In this document: positions 24,635-36,053 of the stretch, piece after piece
Position numbering within the stretch: position 1 is the stretch's first letter
Layout of the letters: each line of letters opens with the position of its first letter
NCBI RefSeq assembly: GCF_006345805.1
Contig: NC_043026.1
Location: 6,014,001-6,078,000 of the forward strand
Direction of reading: 5' to 3'
DNA: 64,000 bases
From: Octopus sinensis
Lineage: Eukaryota
Translations under genes and position numbers: made by a program
Notes under the pieces: generated by a model
Databases searched by the model: none
Seen by the model: the letters and a program-made list of their open reading frames with translations, nothing else
Told to the model about the DNA's origin: nothing

Positions 24635-25179
24635 GTCTAATGACTGATAAATAGCTAAAAGATAGAAAGATAAAAATAATTATATTGTACTTACATAATG
24701 TTTGTGATGGAAAACTTTCTGAGATTTCGTATCGAATTAACCAAACAACAACGGTGAGAGGAAAAGGTATAGTTGTGATATTTGTGCTGAATAAGAGGGT
24801 AACGGTAATTGTCGTTGTATTGGTAGGAAAGACAGCGAAGTCCAGGGTTCGATCCCGAAGGTGGAAGTCCTTTGGTCAATAAGAAGAAACAACGATCACA
24901 AATATCGGGTTGTAGGGATCAATCAAAAGAGCTGAAAAGCGGGTTTTCAGAGGTGAAACCCTCGTCGGGTAAGTGTTTGGGCCCTTAAGTTCTTAAACTG
25001 TACAGTGAGCTTTCAATTAAAGTACCCGAGTTCCTTTTTTTTTTCGTTTGTTTGTTGTTTGTTGTTGTTTTTTTCTTTCGTTGTGGCCAATAAAATGAGT
25101 GATGTCTTTGGTGAATGTCTGATTTATCGTGTTTTGTGGGTGTTTCGATGTTGGAAGAAGGAAATAGATATTAGCTCGG

Positions 25180-25242
25180 AAGAGTAGTGTGGCAGAGAAG
25201 GAGGGAATAAAGAGGACGACAGGGTCAAAGAGAAGGTGTGGG

Positions 25243-25283
<41 letters not shown>

Positions 25284-26230
25284 TAAGAGATAAGAGAAGG
25301 AAAGAGAGAGAGAGAGACGAGAAGACGGGGTGAGAGAGAGAGAGAGAATGAAAGTAAGAGATAAGAGAAGGAAAGAGAGAGAGAGAGAGACGAGAAGACA
25401 GGGTGAGAGAGAGAGAGAATGAAAGTAAGAGATAAGGAGAAGGAAAGAGAGAGAGTGAGAGACGAGAAGACGGGGTGAGAAAAAGAGAGAGGAAGAGAAA
25501 ATGAGAGGGTGAAAAGGAGAGAAAGACAGAGTAAGTGGAATGGAAAGAGATTGAAGGGGAGGAGAGAAAAATGTTGGTCGAGTATGTTTGTGAGAGAGAG
25601 TGAGAGGGAGAGAGAGAGAGAATGAAGGGGGGAGACAGAAATGGGAAGGTATTGAAAGAGTGAGGTACAAGCGAGGGGGAGGAGGTAAGAGATAAACAGG
25701 GAGGAAAAAGAAAAGGAAGAACGAGTAGAAAGTGAAGGAGAGAGAGAGAGAAAGGGAGATGGGGAAAATGGAAAGAGTGACGTGTAAGTGAAGGAGAGAG
25801 AGCGAAAGAAAGATATTAAGTGGGTAGAGAGAGAGAGAGAGAGCGAGGAGTAGGAGGAGGGGAGAAAGAGACAGCGTGGAAGGGAAAGGGAAGGGAAGTT
25901 GTCACCGGAAAGAGTGAGGCAGGATTATATGAGAGAGAGAGTGAAAAAAAGATATTAAGTGGGTAGAGAGAGAGCGAGGAGTAGGAGGAGGGGAGAAAGA
26001 GACAGCGTGGAAGGGAAAGGGAAGGGGAGTTGTCACTGGAAAGAGTGAGACAGGATTATGTGAGAGAGAGAGAGAGAGAGAAAGAAAGAAAGACAGAAAG
26101 AGTGAGGCAAGAAGGAGCGAATGTCGAAAAAATATGAGTGAAAGAGAGGAAGAGCAAAGGGAGGTGGAGGAAAAGGAGATGAAATAGAGAGGGAGAGAGA
26201 GCAAAGAGGAGGAAAAACAAAGAGTTTGAA
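25180..26230. repeat. Long GA-rich polypurine tract
   Basis: Direct reading; similar tracts at 60-800 and (CT-rich) 31590-32090. Confidence 0.9.
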
Positions 26231-26257
26231 TGTATGCGTGTGTGTGTGTGTGTGTGT

Positions 26258-26302
<45 letters not shown>

Positions 26303-26494
26303 ATAGTGTGGCAGTGACGTAACTTTGACAACGGGTAAACTTCCAGCGTGGAATTCGTTGCCGTCACTTTTGAACGACGACAACCGGCCACCATGAGTGG
26401 GAGGCCCCTATGTGGTCGCCAGGGCTGCTAGAAATAGCAACGAAATTTATTCTCGGGCATTATCTGTGCGGTGAAGAAGGGTTCAGGGATCGGC

Positions 26495-26925
26495 AATCTT
26501 TCGTCTCTAGTAGACCTTTCCGTCGATTTCCGTAAAAAATTTTTTTTTTTTTTTACATATGGGCTTGCGGGAACTTTTGAAGTAATGAGAGCGAAAGAGA
26601 CTAAGAGAAAGCGATTGTATGACGAGGGAAGTTCTTTTGAAGTTACCGTGCATGGCAAGCATTGATGTATATGTGTGTGTGTGTGTGTGTTTGATGGGGT
26701 GTGGGAGACAGACAGTATGTTGTGTAAGTGAAGTGCTTCTGTTAGTGTGTGTGAAGAGACAGAGAGAGTAATGTGTGAAAGAGAGAGATAACTGAAATTT
26801 TCTACTCGGTGTATGTGTATATGTATGTATATTACTTCAAAAGTTCCCGCAAGCCCATATGTAAAAAAAAAAAAAATTTTTACGGAAATCGACGGAAAGG
26901 TCTACAAGAGACGAAAGATCGCCCA
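26495..26925. mobile_element. MITE-like element with ~90-bp inverted arms
   Basis: ATCTTTCGTCTC...GGGAACTTTTGAAGTAAT (to about 26585) is the reverse complement of 26832-26920. Confidence 0.7.
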
Positions 26926-27386
26926 GGGGATCTTTTCACTTTTTGACAGGCAGATTTAAAAAATAATTCCTTTGTAACTAAACATTTTTAAACTTCGTAT
27001 ACTGGTAGAATGTCTCACATAAAACATCTTTCTCTCTTGGCTTTCTTGAGAAAATTCTGTAGTTTGTAAGATATTTGTTGTTTAATTTCTTGCATTTCGG
27101 CAATTTCAACAAATCAAAGCCAAAAGATCCGAGTTCAGTCCCACTTCGCAGTATCTCTTACTATAGGCCCCCGAGCCGATCGAAGCCTTGTAGGTGAATG
27201 TGGTAGACGGAAACTGAAAGAAGCCTGTATGTATGTATGTATGTATGTATGTGTAAATGTATGTGTGTATGTATGTATGTATGTATGTATGTATGTACCT
27301 ATGTATGTATGTATGTATGAATCTGTATGTATGTACGTACGTACGTATGTATGTATGTGTGTGTGTATGTATATATGTGTGTATGT

Positions 27387-27418
<32 letters not shown>

Positions 27419-27959
27419 CGCTTCTATTTTTTAATTATTATAAATCTTCTTCCACTGAGTAGGGAACCGGTTTCCAACAAAGATACAAGGCTCCATCTCT
27501 GGAACGTAGTTAACTCAGACAAATTCACATTTGGAACTTGAGAAAAGTCTTGCATATTTTTACTGTTCCACTCACAGATTGCACTTGTAGTGTACGAATC
27601 TACCGGTCAATTTCTCTTTCTGAAAATCCCAGTTTATCCAGATTCTCCTTTAAGCATTTACTAGCAAAAGCTGGGTTCAAATTCTGCTACGGTCGACTTT
27701 GTCTTTCACCCCCTTTTGAGTTCAATAAAATAAGTCGCAGTCAAGTGTGGGGTCAACTTAATGAACTTGGCCCTCTCTCAAAATTTCAGGCTTTGTGTCT
27801 ATACCACTAAGAGTGTCTAGACTAAGATTATATCGGAATTTAATGTGAACAAGAAAACTTGTGGTCTCTTACAGATATGGGACAGGGTGGGGCAGAATAG
27901 TTCCTGGCTTTGGGCAAAAGAAAACACAGGAGGATCAGTTAATTATGATTTTATTCAAC

Positions 27960-28350
27960 ACTAGCAGTATCGCCAGGCGTTGCTCGGGTTTGTAAGGGAA
28001 ATAACTATATAAGCATTTTTAGAGAGTTATAGCCAAAAAATAGCAAAAAAATGCATTAAAAATGGAAAAAAAATTATGGTAATTTTTTTTTAAATCGTTG
28101 ACTCATCGCAGACATTTTTAGAGAGTTACTTCCCTTATATAATAGCGAAAAAATGCATTAAAAATGGGAAAAAATGATGGTAAATTTTTTTTAATCGTAG
28201 ACGCGCGCTAATACCCAGAAGGGCTCGATATGAATCACGACTATAAGATACCCGGTTTTGGTTAAACTGCACCGCAAAATGTGGGAGTAGTTAGGAATCT
28301 AAATCGTAGGAGACAGACACTCACACAACTTCACTTTTATATATCAAGAT
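27960..28350. mobile_element. Non-autonomous Helitron/Helentron-like element
   Basis: One end reads ACTAGCAGTATCGCCAGGCGTTGCTCGGG (hairpin plus CTAG), the other CTTTTATATAT. An inverted, longer copy lies at 48836..49340. Confidence 0.6.
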
Positions 28351-28540
28351 ATTCCCCTCTCAGATTCACATACTTATTGCAGCAGCCCTTCAGTTATTCC
28401 AAGCCCTGTAAAAGAACTTGTAAGGTTGGGCATCCAACCAATCCCTTCGCGACACCCTTAAAGCCAGGAACTTTTCAGCGACCCTACTGACACACATCAG
28501 AATTTTTTTTTGAAATTTCAAGTTTCATTTTGTAGACATA

Positions 28541-29160
28541 TAGGCGTAGGAGTGGCTGTGTTGTAAGTAGCTTGCTTACCAACCACATGGTTCCGGGTTC
28601 AGTCCCAGTGCGTGGCATCTTGGGCAAGTATCTTCCGCTATAGCCCCGGGCCGACCAATGCCTTGTGAGTGGATTTGGTAGACGGAAACTGAAAGAAGCC
28701 TGTCATATATATGTATATGTGTATGTGTGTGTGTCTGTGTTTGTCCCCCTAGCATTGCTTGACAACCTATTTCTTTACTACCCACAAGGGGCTAAACACA
28801 GAGGGTACAAACAAGGACAGACAAATGGATTACATCGACCCCAGTGCGTAACTGGTACTTATTTAATCGACCCCGACAGGATGAAAGGCAAAGTCGACCT
28901 CGGCGGAATTTGAACTCAGAACGTAACGGCAGACGAAATACGGCTACGCATTTCGCCCGGCGTGCTAATGTTTCTGCCAGCTCGCCACCTTGACAACCGA
29001 TGCTGGTGTGTTTACGTCTCCGTCACGTAGCGGTTCGGCAAAAGAGACCGATAGAATAAGTACTGGGCTTACAAAAAGAATAAGTCCCGGGGTCGAGTTG
29101 CTCGATTAAAGGCGGTGCTCCAGCATGGCCGCAGTCAAATGACTGAAACAAGTAAAAGAG
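28541..29160 (+). mobile_element. SINE family A carrying a nested family B SINE
   Basis: The family A sequence is interrupted at CTTGACAACC and resumes after the insert. Confidence 0.85.
28768..28988 (-). mobile_element. tRNA-derived SINE, family B monomer (221 bp) with 10-bp TSD
   Basis: Head GGTGGCGAGCTGGCAGAAAC...TTCTGAGTTCAAATTCC; GAGGTCGACTTTGCCTTTCATCC...AAGTACCAG core (resembles the Meta/Sauria-SINE domain from memory); TSD CTTGACAACC at 28758-28767 and 28989-28998. Confidence 0.88.
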
Positions 29161-29919
29161 TATATGCGATGTAAGTCAGCATGTATGTGTGTGAACCCAC
29201 CAATTTGGCTTTTCGCATTAAATTCCGATAGAATTCTTGATCTACACACTCTGAAAGGTATTTGTAGGAAATTTCATTAAACATTAACCATTTTCCTTGA
29301 AGTTATGAGGAAACAAAGGTGATTTTGTGTGAATTTTCCGAAACTCCTCTCCCGATCGTCGGAAAAACTTTTCACCATAAATTTCAATGTAATCGGAGTC
29401 TATACCATCCGAGGTGTATCTATTCCTTTTTCTTTTTCTTTCATTCTTTTACTGGTTTCAGTTATTCGACTGCGGTCATGCTGGAGCACAACCGTAAAAA
29501 GGTTTTAGCTGAAGAAATTCATCGAGGATCCCAGGACTTACTCTATGTAAGCCTAGTACTTATTCTACCGTTCTCTTTTGCCGAACCGCTAGGTTACGGG
29601 GACGTAAACACACCAGCATCGGTTGTCAAGCGATGGTGGTGGCTGGAGGGACAAACACAGACACACGAAGGACTTTTTCCGTTTCTGTCTATTAAATCCA
29701 CTCATAAGGCATTTGCCCAAGGTGTCACGCAGTGGGACTGAACCCGGAACCATGTAGTTGGAAAACAATTTTTGTTTTTACCGTAGAAAATTTCATTAAA
29801 AATTTCCCTTTTTCCTGGAAGTTATGAGGAAACAAATTCATGTATGTATGTGTGAGGGGACACTTGTCTAGCTATGCCATAAAATTTATTTCTGTTTCAA
29901 GACATACGTAACATTTAAA

Positions 29920-30315
29920 TATTTACTCTTTTACTTGTTTCAGTCATTTGACTGCGGCCATGCTGGAGCATCGCCTTTAGTCGAGCACATCGACCCCGGG
30001 ACTTATTCTTTGTAAGCCCAGTACTTATTCTATCGGTCTCTTTGCCGAACTGCTAAGTAAAGGGGACGTAAACACACCAGCATCGGTTGTCAAGCAATGC
30101 TAGGGAGACAAACACAGACACACAAACACACACACACACATACATATATATACATATATACGACAGGCTTCTTTCAGTTTCCGTCTACCAAATCCACTCA
30201 CAAGGCTCTGGTCGGCTCGAGGCTATAGTAGAAGACACTTGCCCAAGATGCCACGCAGTGGGACTGAACCATGTGGTTGGTAAACAAGCTACTTACCACA
30301 GCCACTCCTACGCCT
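29920..30315 (-). mobile_element. SINE family A
   Basis: Same consensus. Confidence 0.8.
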
Positions 30316-32756
30316 ATTTATATATTTTCGTTTCGTCTACCGGATATCGAGGTCTATTTTTGTATTTACTCCAGTTATTTTTTTCTCACCACGTCTCGAA
30401 GTTATCTAAAACTATTTTCTAACTTCAATTGATTTCTTCTGAAGTTTCCTTTCATTTTTTTTTTCACGCTGTAACTTTATAACACATAATAAAAGTATGT
30501 TGTGATTTGAAAGAGATCTGACTTCTATTTCTAGCAGACGCAGCGATCAGGTAAAGAGCCCTCACTCCCCCCTCACACCATCTTCTTTACGCTATCCGCA
30601 TGAGATGTAAAGGGGAGATAATTTACATAATTGGGTGTTTGTTGCCAGTATAAATCGTTAGGTGGCGCTAAAATACTGAAGACTATTTCCGACGCTAATC
30701 TTCACCATTACAATACACAAACTTAGTCCTTGCCGTTGATATTCCTGTCGCTAATTGAGACATCGTTACCATTCTCTTTGCTTGACGCTAATCTTTATCA
30801 TTGATATCCTTGACAATAACAGTCACTATCGCCCATTTTCAACGGCAACCATTGCAATTACCATTTCCGACGCTGATCGTCAGTATTGCCCTTACAGACG
30901 CCATTCTTAACCTTTATCATATCTGTCGATATTCTTACCATTACCATTTTTTCTCTCTCTAATCATTAACATTACCGTTTTCAAAGGTAATCGTGACTAT
31001 CGCCAGTCCCGACGCTAATCGTTACCTTCTCAATTTCCGACGCAAATCGTTGAATAAGGGAGATCCGATCTGACTTCTATTTCTAGCAAACCCAGCGACC
31101 ACGTAAAGACCCTGCCCTCATCTCAGCCCCCCTCACACCGTCTCTGTCGTTCTATTGAACGTCCGGACGGCGTGGTCGAGTCGTAAAGGGGGAGATAATT
31201 ACAATGATACGCACAGCTTAGTTGTCAGTATAAATAGTTAGGTGTCGCTACTAGTATAGTGAAAGAGCAGTGCAGCACAAGGCATCATGGTAATTGGATA
31301 ATTTTCTTTTTTTTCACCTTTTTTCAAATATCTTTTCGTGTGGAAATTTCTATTCTCGTTAGCCTGAAAAAAAATTTCTTCAATTTATTTATTATCTTTA
31401 TCGTGTCTAAAATATTTCTCTCCATATCGGCTTCTTATATTGTGCTCTGTACGTTGATGTCAATGATGGTGATGATGTCTTGAAGTTAATATTTCTTTGG
31501 TGTCGGAACCCTTTTTCTAGAATTGCGATGAACGGCTCCCTCTTTTATTCACTACTCTGACTTTACCGGTTATCAAACGTAAGAATATCTGTCCCCTTTC
31601 ACTTCTCTCTCTCTCCCTCTCTCTATCTCTGTCTTTCTCTGTCTCTCCCTCTTTCTGTGTCCCTATCTCTCTCGATTCCTCTCCTCCTCCTCCTTCCCTT
31701 TCTCTCTCTGATTTTCCCCTTTCCCTCCCTTTATAGTCCTATCTATCTCTCTTCCTCTTTCTGTGTCCCTATCTCTTTCGCTTCCTCTCTCCCTCCCTCC
31801 CTTTGTCTCTCTGATTTTTTTTTCCCTTTCCCTCCCTTTATATTTCTCTCTATCTCTCTCCCTCTTTCTGTGTCCCTATCTCTCTCGCTTCCTCTCCTCC
31901 TCCCTCCCTGATTTTTTCCCTTTCCCTCCTTTATATTTCTCTCTATCTCTCTCCCTCTTTCTGTGTCCCTATCTCTCTCGCTTCCTCTCCTCCTCCCTCC
32001 CTGATTTTTTTCCCCTTTCCCTCCCTTTATATTCCTCTCTATCTACCTCTCTCTCTCCCTCGCTCTCTATCTCTGTCTCCTTTTCTCTCTCTCCATTCAG
32101 CGAGGGAAAAAAACCTGTGCAACGGTGGAAGCTCGACCTGCTAGCAATAGCAGCTAAACTCTCCCTCGACACGTACTAACCCCTTTAAAAGAAAGAGGGA
32201 AAACAAAACCCAACAATGTAATTATACACACATGCATATATAGATCATAGATCATCACCCTTCTCACCATACAATTATATGACTGGATGGCCTCGGTTGG
32301 AACTCATCTTCGTCGCAGGTCTCCTCTTTCAGGGCTGACCTCGGGCTAAATAACAGCGATCTGGAATCAATTCCGGCAGAATCTTCCATCACCGGACCTC
32401 AACCGCCACCAACAAAGTCCATTGGGTAAATCAACGCATTCTTGACATAACTATATATATACACACCACTATTTATACATACATACATATATACACACAC
32501 ACTTTCATGATTCCGAACAGTATTTAAATATATTCAAATTAACTCGGGAAAGCACCTGCTCTTTGCTGGCATTGTATATAAAACCACGTTTGTGTGTGTA
32601 TATAAAATATATATATATATATACATACATATATACATACATACACATATATATATATATATATACATATAATGTGTGTATATAGTTATTCCATGTGTAT
32701 ATACATAACTTTAAAGCACTTATACACACATTAACAAGGCTATATCTTGGTGTGTG

Positions 32757-32790
<34 letters not shown>

Positions 32791-33770
32791 CATACACACA
32801 TATATATATACATATACATATAATGTGTGTATATAGTTATTCCATGTGTATATACATATTGACTATAAAGCACTTATACACACATTAACAAGGCTATATC
32901 TTGGTGTGTGTGTGCATATATGTGTATATATGTATGTATGCACACACTCCGACGTGTATATATATACATGAGAAATTATGCTAAACATTGGACTATTGTA
33001 TTCTTCATGGAACTCTAAAACTCACCAGTGCCACCTTTATCTCTAGCTGTGTACATACAACACCTAACACTGTATATGCATTTGAAATCTACATCATAGA
33101 CGTGTATATAACGAACTTTATATATATATATATATATACCCGGTTATTGTACCCGGACATATATACAAGAACTGAAGAATTTTGGTGTTGTATTATGGAT
33201 ACAAAGAACCAGAGATGACAATTTTGTTTTAATTCATTCTACGCCTTACCAAGCCTGATTATGTTTCGTTTCATTTATGCCAAATTCTTTGACTAATTAT
33301 TGCATCTAAATTACCTCCCAAGGTCTGCTGTTTCACATTTTGATTTCCATTTTTTCTTCCTTTTTTTTTTTTTCCATGAAATGTTCTTCTACCCGAAACG
33401 GTGGAATTCCAGACCGTCTCCCTCCCTCCCCGGCGGCGCCTAATTCTTCTCGCCATCAAATTTATTCCACTCTTTGAATTCCTACGTATAACTTTTAACT
33501 GACCCAACATCAATAATTCCCCGAATTCTTCTGTTAATACCATTTTTTTCTCTCTCTCTCTCCATTTCCTGCAAGACTGTATAAGACAAACTGTTTGTTT
33601 GCACAGGTGTGCCACCAAAGATTATGTCATTTAATTAACGTGTGCCGTATCCCACCTTATTCCCTCCATTTTTTTTCCTGTCTTTTACTGCCGCGAGGCT
33701 CATTAGGCTGAAATCAGACATTTTTTATGTTTTTGTCTACGTCTAGGTGTATATATCTTGAACATACGGA

Positions 33771-36053
33771 ATGAGTTCTTCCAACCAAAATACCCGGACG
33801 ACCTATGTGTGCTCTGTGGGCGGATGTTCTAAGATATTTAGTAAGAAGCTTTACCTTGACCAACACATCCGTCAGCACACGGGAGAGAGACCATTTCATT
33901 GCGCAAATGAAGGCTGTGGCAAGACCTACTCCAGAAAAGACCACCTCAACCGACACTTAAAATGGTGTTCAGCTTCCCAGTCGGCCGGTTCCAGGGAGAG
34001 GCTAACGTGTTCTGAAAACGGCTGCTCAAAAACATTCCAGAACTTGCAGAATCTGCGTGTGCATGTACGCAACGTGCACGAGCAGAGTAAAAATTATAAA
34101 TGTCCAGTCGAAGGTTGTGGAAAAGTTTTCAAAAAGCACCACGGATTAAAACAACATGAGTTTGAACACAGCGGGGTGAACCCTTTCTCTTGCATGCTGT
34201 CTAGTTGTAAGAAATCCTTTCGCGTCTTCAGTCATTTCAAAAGACACATGAAGGTGCACGATGGATACAAATGCGAACATTGTGCAGAGACATTTGAAAA
34301 GTGGACGCAGTTAATTAAACACCGATCGACCCACCATCGGCCACTACAGAAATGTCCACACTGTGATAAAGTATTTGCTTCGAAATTATGTTTAAAGAAA
34401 CATATTAAAGTGCATTCAGAGACGCGTGAGGTGTTCATATGTTCGCGAGATGGTTGCGGACGTTACTACACAATGAAACGAAACCTTGTCGCCCACATGA
34501 AGTCCTATCATGATGGCCGTCGATTTCCTTGCTCCAATGAGGGCTGTAGCCGCAGTTTTCCATTCAAGCATAAAATGTTGGAGCACATGAAGAGCCATAG
34601 TCGTGTTCATCCCCTGAAGAAAAAATACCCCAAAAAAGGCCACCGTAAAAGATCCCTGGCGAGTCGACTGTCTGGTTATGTACCCCCTACAGCTACATCA
34701 ACCTGCCGTAGCAAAGAACTCGTCTCACCAGTTCTGCCGACAGATAAGAATTCTGTTATTTCTAAAGTTGTTACTGATAACATTAATGCTAGCCACTCCC
34801 TGGGCACAGGCCACACAGATGAACCTAAAGCCCCTGACACAGGCCGCACAGATGGCCCTAAAGCCCCTAATCAACCCTCAAAGGTTTCAGTAATTTCTCC
34901 AGTCTCGAATGATGTCAAGGTTGCAGACCGCAGTTGTGATAAAGGGTCACAAGAAATCTGTAATGCCGACAAAGAGAGGACGGCCACCAACTTGAAACCA
35001 CCTCCTCGTGACACTGTCATTCATTTAGCGTCATCAAAGCCACCCGGTAGCAGCCAGATCAAACCCACCCAGACAACGACGACTGCTCAATGTTGCAGCA
35101 ACACCAACCAGGATAAAATGAATTTGAATTCACCGAAAGAAGTAGCAACCGAAGTTAACAAGATTAAACCTAGTCGCACTCCTCTCCCGACGACAAATAT
35201 TAAATTCGCTGATTCTGGTCACAGACAGTCAAGCAGTTGCCATAAGGAAACGGTAATTACCTCCGTAACCCATCCACAGAGTCAAGACAGTTCCACCCCT
35301 GGGTATCCCAGCCAGAATTCAGTGAAGAAACCAACAAATAAATACATCTGTTCTGTCAAAAGTTGTGGCAAAGAATTTGTGTCCGCTTCTTCTTTGAAAA
35401 TCCATCTGTTTTACCACACGGAGATGCAGTGTTCTGCTTCCATGGATAGTTCTGCCAAACAACAAATGGACGATATTCTTTATTCAACCAAAGACTGCGT
35501 CGAAGTGTTCAGAAGTTCGAGGCCTTCCTCCAAACACCAACCTTGGAATAACAGTAGTAACAATGGCGGCAGCCGCAGTAACACATCTTCATGTATTTCT
35601 TCCACTTCTCCATCCCACCATTCCTCACAAACGCCAACCCAAACCCCCAGTCAAAAACACCAATTGCCAAGCTCCACTGCGACCACAGCACAAGGACCGA
35701 CTTACCTCCACCAAAAACTTCTCTGTTCCATATGCGGGGACATATTCTTCAGCAGTTCGCTGCTCAGTCAGCACCTGAGAAGCCACCCTTCGGCGGCACG
35801 CAACTCATTTTCCTGCCCCAAACCTGGTTGTGGCCAGGTGTTCTTGGAAAAATCTAAACTTGACTTGCATGTGAAAGACCACTCTAGTCACCGTTCCAAA
35901 TCTCACCCCATCTTCCAGTGTCCCTTAAATGACTGCGACATGACCTTTAAGTCCCAGTCGCAGCTGAAGACCCACGCCAATCTTCATTCCATCAAGAAAT
36001 ACTCAAAATCTAAGCAGAAACTGGCCAAAATTATTTTGGGGAAATATTTCTAA
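33771..36053 (+). CDS. GTF3A: Transcription factor IIIA (5S rRNA factor), single-exon CDS, 760 aa, 9 canonical + 4 additional zinc fingers
   Basis: Nine N-terminal fingers with TFIIIA spacing (HTGERPF linker, short HDGYKC linker before finger 6 with ..KWTQL), followed by the TFIIIA-specific motif KRSLASRLSGYVPP (human KRSLASHLSGYIPP). A possible 5'UTR acceptor TTTGCACAG| ends at 33608. Confidence 0.88.
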   Translation: MSSSNQNTRTTYVCSVGGCSKIFSKKLYLDQHIRQHTGERPFHCANEGCGKTYSRKDHLNRHLKWCSASQSAGSRERLTCSENGCSKTFQNLQNLRVHVRNVHEQSKNYKCPVEGCGKVFKKHHGLKQHEFEHSGVNPFSCMLSSCKKSFRVFSHFKRHMKVHDGYKCEHCAETFEKWTQLIKHRSTHHRPLQKCPHCDKVFASKLCLKKHIKVHSETREVFICSRDGCGRYYTMKRNLVAHMKSYHDGRRFPCSNEGCSRSFPFKHKMLEHMKSHSRVHPLKKKYPKKGHRKRSLASRLSGYVPPTATSTCRSKELVSPVLPTDKNSVISKVVTDNINASHSLGTGHTDEPKAPDTGRTDGPKAPNQPSKVSVISPVSNDVKVADRSCDKGSQEICNADKERTATNLKPPPRDTVIHLASSKPPGSSQIKPTQTTTTAQCCSNTNQDKMNLNSPKEVATEVNKIKPSRTPLPTTNIKFADSGHRQSSSCHKETVITSVTHPQSQDSSTPGYPSQNSVKKPTNKYICSVKSCGKEFVSASSLKIHLFYHTEMQCSASMDSSAKQQMDDILYSTKDCVEVFRSSRPSSKHQPWNNSSNNGGSRSNTSSCISSTSPSHHSSQTPTQTPSQKHQLPSSTATTAQGPTYLHQKLLCSICGDIFFSSSLLSQHLRSHPSAARNSFSCPKPGCGQVFLEKSKLDLHVKDHSSHRSKSHPIFQCPLNDCDMTFKSQSQLKTHANLHSIKKYSKSKQKLAKIILGKYF

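Noticed and set aside
24691-24879. 62-aa ORF as an FBXO4 N-terminal coding exon
   Set aside because: Starts at TTG, and its phase (2) is incompatible with the 22369 acceptor (needs 1). The compatible frame lacks an ATG, so this is at most a UTR exon.
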